Made by a program: the position numbers and the translations under genes | The notes under the pieces: generated by a model | Seen by the model: only the letters and a program-made list of their open reading frames with translations | The model's database searches: none | Told to the model about the DNA's origin: nothing | Shown: positions 58,811 to 64,000 of the stretch, in pieces | Position numbering within the stretch: the stretch's first letter is position 1 | How the letters are laid out: each line of letters starts with the position of its first letter | DNA from: Clostridiales bacterium | GTDB taxonomy: Bacteria; Bacillota; Clostridia; Christensenellales; CAG-138 | Assembly: GCA_918244965.1 (NCBI GenBank) | Contig: CAKJYC010000002.1 | Location: forward strand, 28,197-92,196 | Length of the DNA stretch: 64,000 bases | Reading direction: 5' to 3'

Positions 58811-58848
58811 ACATCCTCCTTAATAGAATAGATTCTTGACCATCGAAT

Positions 58849-58877
58849 ATTATAGCATACCGTTCCCGCAATTTCCA
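58849..58877 (-). promoter_or_regulatory. Candidate promoter with extended -10 for the hydrogenase operon
   Basis: On the - strand, TGGAAA-17 nt-TGcTATAAT, 38 nt upstream of the hydC ATG. AAGGAGGATG RBS. Confidence 0.35.
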
Positions 58878-59052
58878 TATCTTTTTCACACATCTTTTCT
58901 TATATTTTGCATTTCTTTGGGCTTACGGCGGACTCTTCATAAAAATTCCGCAAAAATTTAGCAAAAAATTCGATTTGCGGGCTTTTCTTTTTGCGCGAAA
59001 TCGTGTATGATAGGTATACGCAAAGGAATATCTTTATGGAAGGAGATTCTTT

Positions 59053-59934
59053 ATGGCAAAGAAACTCAAATTCAAGCCCACACCCGCCGGGATCATGTTC
59101 CTGTCCGCGATCGCCGTTCTGCTGATCGCGATCATCATTATTACGATCGTGCTGGCAAAGAACTGCAGCAAAAACAGATCGAACGATCCGACGCCTGCCA
59201 GTGAGCAGCCGGTCGAAAGCACCGAGTCCACGATCGAGCCGACCAAGGAGGCTTCCCTCACTACGCCCGATCCGCTGGACACGCCCGATCCGGACGCAAC
59301 GATTGATCCTGATGCGACGATCGATCCGAACGCGACCGTCAATCCCAGCGACACCTCCGGCCCCGGCCCGATCGTGATCACCACACCCGGAACCTCGCCG
59401 GCCAGTTCCGCATCGCCGGGCACCAGCGCTTCGCCGAGTCCTTCCTATTACACTACGCCGACCTCGCACATGAAGAACCATTCGCAGAAGGGCTACGTCA
59501 ATGCGGACAGCGTCAACATGCGCGCAGAACCTAAGAAGACCGCAAAGGTCGTCACTTCCAAGATCCCGAAGTATACGGCCGTCACGCTCTATGTCGAGCA
59601 GGAGGGCTGGTGGTTCTTGAAGTGCGGCGATAAGTACGGCTACATCATCGGTGACTACATCACCAAGGGCACCGCACCCGCCGAAGCCGGCGACGGCAGC
59701 GCTACCGGCAAGGTTGCCGTCCAGAACGACAACGTCATCGCGCTCCGCAAGGGCCCCGGCAAGAGCTACACCTGCATCAAGGAGTACAAGAACGGTACCG
59801 AGGTCACCGTCTACCATTCCGAAAAGGATAAGGACGGCAGAAAGTGGTACTACGTCAAGACGCCCGACGGCAAGAAGGGCTACATGTTTGCAAGCTACGT
59901 GAAGATCACCAAGGGCAAGGTCCCCGCAAAGTAA
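59053..59934 (+). CDS. Membrane-anchored protein with two bacterial SH3-like domains
   Basis: One N-terminal TM helix. P/T/D/S-rich linker with a DPDATI pentapeptide-type repeat. Two YVNADSVNMRAEP / VQNDNVIALRKGPG SH3_3-like units, each ending in GY(I/M) motifs. Confidence 0.85.
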   Translation: MAKKLKFKPTPAGIMFLSAIAVLLIAIIIITIVLAKNCSKNRSNDPTPASEQPVESTESTIEPTKEASLTTPDPLDTPDPDATIDPDATIDPNATVNPSDTSGPGPIVITTPGTSPASSASPGTSASPSPSYYTTPTSHMKNHSQKGYVNADSVNMRAEPKKTAKVVTSKIPKYTAVTLYVEQEGWWFLKCGDKYGYIIGDYITKGTAPAEAGDGSATGKVAVQNDNVIALRKGPGKSYTCIKEYKNGTEVTVYHSEKDKDGRKWYYVKTPDGKKGYMFASYVKITKGKVPAK

Positions 59935-59949
59935 ACATCCAAACACACA

Positions 59950-59978
59950 GACCCGCGATCACTCGCGGGTCTTTTTTT
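59950..59978 (+). terminator. Rho-independent terminator after the SH3 gene
   Basis: 8-bp stem gacccgcg / cgcgggtc with a 6-nt loop, followed by T7. Confidence 0.75.
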
Positions 59979-59993
59979 CGTCTTTTTACAACG

Positions 59994-60062
59994 CTGTTAC
60001 CACTTCGGTAACCTGTTGCAACTCTGTTACAAGTCTGTGATGACTCTGTTACAAGTTCTGTT
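59994..60062. repeat. Cluster of CTGTT(A/G)C motifs, including a 14-nt direct repeat and a short inverted repeat
   Basis: ACTCTGTTACAAGT at 60021-60034 and 60043-60056 (22-bp offset). CTGTTAC at 59994 and CTGTTGC at 60013. Inverted repeat GTTACC-5 nt-GGTAAC at 59996-60012. Confidence 0.6.
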
Positions 60063-60126
60063 TTATCCTATGAGCAGAAACCGAAAGCGGAAAGGATGCG
60101 GATGTATGACAAACTGCGATCTGTCG

Positions 60127-60618
60127 TTACGCTGTCCTTCCCGATTGCATAAGATACCCTTCATGAACAGCCGCTGCCGTTGCAACGGCACAGATGACCG
60201 CTGCGCCGTATTGAAAATCGATACATGCAAGCGTCAGCGGGAAAACGAACAGCAGCGCTCCGGTCACCCTGTTCATCACGGAATGCACCGTCAGAAACGC
60301 TTTTTGCCGGATATATCCGGCTGCAATGTTCGCCGCCTTTATGAAAGCGATGACGGCGATCCATACATAGAGCCATATCGGAACATCCAGTACCGGCAGT
60401 AGTTTTATGAGGCATGCCGCAGCGAATACGATATCCGCAGCCGTATCGAGCCTTGCGCCGAACGCGCTGACCGTACCGGTCTTCCTTGCCACGGCGCCGT
60501 CGATCATATCGGTGATTCCGGCAGCGATATACAGCGCATAGAACGTCGGCGAGAATGCCGGAAAAAACAGCAAAGCGGCGCTGAGGACGATTCTGCTGCC
60601 GGTGACAGCATTTGCCAT
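60127..60618 (-). CDS. CDP-alcohol phosphatidyltransferase family protein (small, PgsA-like)
   Basis: Full signature D-x2-DG-x2-AR-x8-G-x3-D-x3-D in DMIDGAVARKTGTVSAFGARLDTAAD. Five to six hydrophobic helices. Confidence 0.88.
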   Translation of the reverse strand: MANAVTGSRIVLSAALLFFPAFSPTFYALYIAAGITDMIDGAVARKTGTVSAFGARLDTAADIVFAAACLIKLLPVLDVPIWLYVWIAVIAFIKAANIAAGYIRQKAFLTVHSVMNRVTGALLFVFPLTLACIDFQYGAAVICAVATAAAVHEGYLMQSGRTA

Positions 60619-60619
60619 T

Positions 60620-60982
60620 TTACATCGGCGTCCCCACTTCGATCAGATTCCCGTCCGGATCGTAAAAGCGTATGACCCTCTGTCCCCAGCTGTGCGTCAT
60701 GAGCCTGTTGACGTATTTTACTTCCGGATAATACTGTTCAAGCCTTTCGATAAAACGATCCAGGTCGGATTCCTCAAAATAAAGCTCGCAAGAGTTGTTC
60801 TCCGGAATGATATCTTTTCCTAGGAACTCCTTCCAGTATGTCTCCTCCTGAAGAACCAATCCATCCGTCAGGACCATATTTCCGTCATTGTCAAGAATCG
60901 TCTCAAGGCCGAACAGATCCCGGTAGAACCGTCGGGATCTCTCAATATCTTTCACGACGATCAGCACATTTTTCAGTTTCAT
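60620..60982 (-). CDS. VOC-family (glyoxalase/bleomycin-resistance fold) protein
   Basis: 120 aa. VVKDIERSRRFYRDLFGLE N-terminal beta-alpha-beta-beta-beta motif and C-terminal FYDPDGNLIEV. Confidence 0.88.
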   Translation of the reverse strand: MKLKNVLIVVKDIERSRRFYRDLFGLETILDNDGNMVLTDGLVLQEETYWKEFLGKDIIPENNSCELYFEESDLDRFIERLEQYYPEVKYVNRLMTHSWGQRVIRFYDPDGNLIEVGTPM

Positions 60983-61170
60983 CGTTTTCCCCTTTTCACA
61001 CCCAATATCTCCGATCCTGCCGAAAAGCCGGAATCGTCAGTATCGGTCTCCGTATTCCTTCCGTGCTTCCGCCGCCCGTTTCAGGACAACGGTCGACCCG
61101 GTATCCGCACAAGCATGATTCAATCAGTCCCTGCCGTATACGGTCTGCTCTTTTTGCGACGGGCTGACCG

Positions 61171-62145
61171 TTATGCAAGGTTCTCCGGCTTGAGATAGCC
61201 GGAAAGCAGCGTGCGCAGGGCGTTGAACGCGTCCATACCGTTTTCGGGCATGGCCTCGGAGCTGACGCGGTACAGGCACCCTTCCTCGTCGAATCTGACG
61301 ACATGGATCGCGCCGTCGAGCGATTCGGGATTTTCAAGGCTGTTCCAGCCGTTCATGCCGGCCTCATAGATGATGCGCAGCGCTTCGTTCAGGACGTCCT
61401 TCGGCACGCGGTAGCGCGTTACGCGTTCGTCGGCCTTGCCGCCGTCGACGTACTCCTCCAGCAACAGCAGCTCTTCGCCGTCGTCATAGAGCACCAGCTC
61501 ATAATAGCCGTCCTCTTTCCCGTCGACCGGCTCCGTCGCCACGGCCTTTGTGTAATAATCGACCTTCAGGACCGGCTCGGCCGCCGAAATGTTCCTTGCG
61601 GCGACCGTAACCGTGACGTCCTCAGCGGGCATCACGAACGCAAAGTACAGATAGTCGCTGTCCGGTCCGGAGGTCTGCTGCACCGGTTCGCCGTTCACGA
61701 AAACCTCGGTGATCTCGTCAAAAACCGGATGCAGCTGCAGCGTCACCGTTTCGCCCGGATAAGCCCATTCCGGCGGATCGACGATCTGCAGCTTGCCGCT
61801 TTCATACACGATCTGATACCGCATTGCCATCATATCACTCCCTCCGAGAGAAAACTCCACCCTGACGTCGTGCGCGGGCATTGTAAACGCATAGACCAGA
61901 TAATCGTAGCCGTCCACGCGCGGCGAAAGACGTTCGCCGTCGACAGTGACCGTCGGGGACGCGTCCATGACGATATAGGTTTTCAGCTCGACGCGCTCAC
62001 CCGCCGCATAGGCGTCCTTTGCGTCAATGAACGCGCCCTTGTTGGCGTATTCGATCTTGTACAGTTCTTTCTTTGTGCATCCGAACAGCATCGTCATCAC
62101 CAGCAGCGCAATCAGCGCAAGGATCGGAATTCGTTTTGTACGCAT
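61171..62145 (-). CDS. Lipoprotein of unknown function with an internal domain duplication
   Basis: Lipobox LVMTMLFGCT. Two ~60-aa repeats end in YAFTMPAHDVRVEF and FAFVMPAEDVTVTV. Confidence 0.75.
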   Translation of the reverse strand: MRTKRIPILALIALLVMTMLFGCTKKELYKIEYANKGAFIDAKDAYAAGERVELKTYIVMDASPTVTVDGERLSPRVDGYDYLVYAFTMPAHDVRVEFSLGGSDMMAMRYQIVYESGKLQIVDPPEWAYPGETVTLQLHPVFDEITEVFVNGEPVQQTSGPDSDYLYFAFVMPAEDVTVTVAARNISAAEPVLKVDYYTKAVATEPVDGKEDGYYELVLYDDGEELLLLEEYVDGGKADERVTRYRVPKDVLNEALRIIYEAGMNGWNSLENPESLDGAIHVVRFDEEGCLYRVSSEAMPENGMDAFNALRTLLSGYLKPENLA

Positions 62146-62157
62146 CGTCGTGTCCTC

Positions 62158-62604
62158 TCAAAGATCGGACAGGCGGTACAGCGCGTCCGGGTTCTTCTTG
62201 GGCTCCCTGAGATGCAGGATCTGCGCGTCCTTGAAGCGCTCCTTGAGCTTTACCGTCGCCTTCGGCGCGTCGCCGCTGCCGGAATACAGCACAAACGTCA
62301 GCTTCTTGCCGTCGAACACCGTTTCCTTCAAGGCCGTATTAATCGGGCAGGACAGCCGCCCGTTCCAGATCGGCGAGCCGATCACGATCTCATCATATGC
62401 GGACACGTCGGCGTCGTAATTCTTCAGGGGTTCGCAGTAATTGCGGCCCGCATTGAAGCCGCACTTCATGATCTGAAAGAAGAACGCCTTCGGCGGTTTC
62501 TTTGCCGATTCGACCTTGCGGACGTCATACCCCTTCTCCCTGAGCTTATCCGCGACCGCGTCGCCGTTTCCGGAAAGGCTGTAATAGAGGAACAGCTTTT
62601 TCAT
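62158..62604 (-). CDS. Flavodoxin-family protein
   Basis: MKKLFLYYSLSGNG phosphate-binding loop pattern and IVIGSPIWNG. Confidence 0.85.
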   Translation of the reverse strand: MKKLFLYYSLSGNGDAVADKLREKGYDVRKVESAKKPPKAFFFQIMKCGFNAGRNYCEPLKNYDADVSAYDEIVIGSPIWNGRLSCPINTALKETVFDGKKLTFVLYSGSGDAPKATVKLKERFKDAQILHLREPKKNPDALYRLSDL

Positions 62605-63695
62605 GCGACCGTCTCCTTTGCCAGCAGGACGAAGTGCATCTCGACCGGGTTGTGGTCGGAATACGCAAACTGCGTGTCGATGACGTCGGCAAACATTACC
62701 TCTACGTTGTTCGTCACAAGGAAGCCGTCGATCGTCAGCGTATACTGCCCCTCGTGATACGGACCGTCGGCGTTGCGGCAGCTCGGAACCGGGTTGCTAT
62801 CGTCGAGCGGCGCGGCAAGCATGACGCTGTAGCCGTCGAACATGCCGTCCGGGATCGGCTGCGCCCATGTGTATTCCTGATCGGCCTTGCCGAAATACTT
62901 CGAGGAATCGCCGAGCAGGTCCTTGTTGAAGTCGCCGCCCGCGATGCAGTAATTGCCCTTTTCATATTCGGCCTGCATGTCGTCGAGCAGCAGCTTCAGC
63001 TGATCGTTTGCGATCTTGCCGTCGGAGGTATAGGCGGACAGATGCAGGTTGTACAGAACGAGCTGGTCGCCACTCGCAAGCGGGATGCGGTTCTTGCTGT
63101 AGCAGCGGTCGAGGTCGAGGAATTTCGTGAGTCCCGTTTCGATCGGCAGCTCGATGCGCTCACCGGAGGCGATCGGCGCAGTCGAGAAGGTCAGAAGGCC
63201 CGAACGCGACTTGCCGTGCGGCTGGAAGATCGGATAGAACAGGAACGGCGAATCGTAGTTCTGCGCGAACGTGTAGGAATTGCCGGAGAGCGCGCCGACA
63301 AGATACGTGCGCTCGTCGACATGATAGCTGCGGGTCGAGTTGATGTCGACCTCCTGCACGATCGTCAGGTCGGCGTTCTGTTCCTTCAGAAACGCTGCGA
63401 TATTCAGGAGGTTCTTGTCGAGCCGTTCCTTCGACCACGCCCACGAACGGTCGCCGCCGTCCATGAAGAAGCCGAAGTCGGATTCGTACGCGCCGAAGCC
63501 GATGTTGTACGAGACGATCTTGTATTCCTCGCCGGTCGTCAACGTGCCGGTCGCAGTTCCTTCGGCGGTCAGCGTCTGATTGCCGATGCGGTGGTAGCTG
63601 AGGAATACATAGGCGAAGTAGCCGACGCCGATCAGCAGGACGACCGCAAGGACGATCGCCGTGATCTTGAGGATCTTTTTCAATACTTTTTTCAT
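62601..63695 (-). CDS. Membrane-anchored endonuclease/exonuclease/phosphatase (EEP) family protein
   Basis: N-terminal TM helix. VSYNIG, LTIVQEVD and YSDHNPV motifs. ATGA overlap with the flavodoxin gene. Confidence 0.85.
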   Translation of the reverse strand: MKKVLKKILKITAIVLAVVLLIGVGYFAYVFLSYHRIGNQTLTAEGTATGTLTTGEEYKIVSYNIGFGAYESDFGFFMDGGDRSWAWSKERLDKNLLNIAAFLKEQNADLTIVQEVDINSTRSYHVDERTYLVGALSGNSYTFAQNYDSPFLFYPIFQPHGKSRSGLLTFSTAPIASGERIELPIETGLTKFLDLDRCYSKNRIPLASGDQLVLYNLHLSAYTSDGKIANDQLKLLLDDMQAEYEKGNYCIAGGDFNKDLLGDSSKYFGKADQEYTWAQPIPDGMFDGYSVMLAAPLDDSNPVPSCRNADGPYHEGQYTLTIDGFLVTNNVEVMFADVIDTQFAYSDHNPVEMHFVLLAKETVA

Positions 63696-63713
63696 AAGCT
63701 GTTCCTTTCCGTG

Positions 63714-64000
63714 TCAGTGATTCTTGAAGTTCTCGGACCAGATCTTTTTTGCAAGCGCGGGTGAACCGAAATCGACGACGATCCAGCCGTTCAGCGCTCC
63801 GTCATAGGACAGCAAATTCCTGTTCAGCGTCTTGGCAAGGCTGTACGGATGCCCGAACGCGGACGTGCCCTTGGTCGACAGGAAGTGGATCGAAAGCGCA
63901 TCCGCGCCGGTCTGATTCGCGGCCTGTCCCGAAAGGAACGCGTTCCATTTGTCGTCCGTGCCGTATTCATAGCGATCCTGCACGGTCAGTGTGAAGCTGC
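63714..64000 (-). CDS. PI-PLC X-domain-like phosphodiesterase, C-terminal part only (5' end outside the window)
   Basis: The frame is open to the window edge. The C-terminal pattern FLS..GTSAF..PY..A..LN......GW.VVDF resembles the C-terminus of bacterial phosphatidylinositol-specific phospholipase C. Confidence 0.55.
   Translation of the reverse strand, partial: SFTLTVQDRYEYGTDDKWNAFLSGQAANQTGADALSIHFLSTKGTSAFGHPYSLAKTLNRNLLSYDGALNGWIVVDFGSPALAKKIWSENFKNH

Noticed and set aside
58826-58837. Small inverted repeat AGAAT-AG-ATTCT in the hydC 5' leader.
   Set aside because: 5-bp arms are expected by chance in AT-rich leaders, and there is no supporting second copy.
58885-58890. Rex-type redox operator (TTGTGAA-N4-TTCACAA) upstream of the hydrogenase operon.
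   Set aside because: Only a single TTCACA half-site is present. The required partner half-site 4 nt away is absent on either strand.
59270-59345. Short tandem nucleotide repeat encoding DPDATIDPDATIDPNATV in the SH3 protein linker.
   Set aside because: This is an ordinary low-complexity linker repeat within a CDS, with no sign of phase-variable length (no homopolymer or perfect long repeat).
60983-61170. 188-nt GC-rich spacer upstream of the VOC gene, examined as a riboswitch candidate. The words CAGGACAACGG (61082-61092) and ACCCGG (61096-61101) recall the guanidine-III motif.
   Set aside because: The words are on the + strand, where no downstream gene exists, and they are in the wrong order relative to the known motif. 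On the coding (-) strand I found only 5-bp stems and no recognisable riboswitch core. Only a covariance-model scan could settle it.

Overview
This is a high-GC, Firmicutes/Clostridia-type chromosomal segment that is almost fully coding, with about 60 CDS. I found no rRNA, tRNA, CRISPR array, IS element, integrase or prophage genes. Most of it is conserved housekeeping synteny. On the + strand: pcrA-ligA, then yicC-remA-gmk-rpoZ-priA, a 5 kb insertion, then def-fmt-rsmB-rlmN-stp-prkC-rsgA-rpe. On the - strand: dGTPase-dnaG-rpoD, plus trpS, HU and a mazG/yabN fusion.

Accessory content:
- An MFS transporter with a GH2 glycosidase.
- Two tandem S41-like lipoprotein paralogs.
- A heterodimeric ABC exporter pair, convergent with a membrane-anchored XRE regulator.
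- A cell-envelope glycopolymer module: LCP transferase, GT2-GtrA fusion and phosphodiester glycosidase.
- A more AT-rich patch carrying VOC and CDP-alcohol phosphatidyltransferase genes.
- A group of EEP, PI-PLC-like and flavodoxin genes.

The most interesting locus is the 8.2 kb electron-bifurcating-type [FeFe]-hydrogenase operon (50661-58810, - strand). The structural genes nuoE-like, 2Fe-2S ferredoxin, nuoF-like and hydA are split by six putative signalling genes: a sensor-like H-cluster protein, two GHKL ATPases, two DRTGG proteins and a PHP phosphoesterase. The catalytic HydA also reads TSCSPGW where the canonical H-cluster motif is TSCCPxW.

Other sequence-level observations:
- Four direct repeats with an exact 32-bp phase in the XRE/def divergent promoter region.
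- A probable leaderless promoter for the MOP flippase gene.
- A truncated lipoprotein paralog abutting the rpoD terminator.
- A CTGTTAC repeat cluster in a convergent spacer.

All family calls come from motif recognition by eye. No database search or computation was run.
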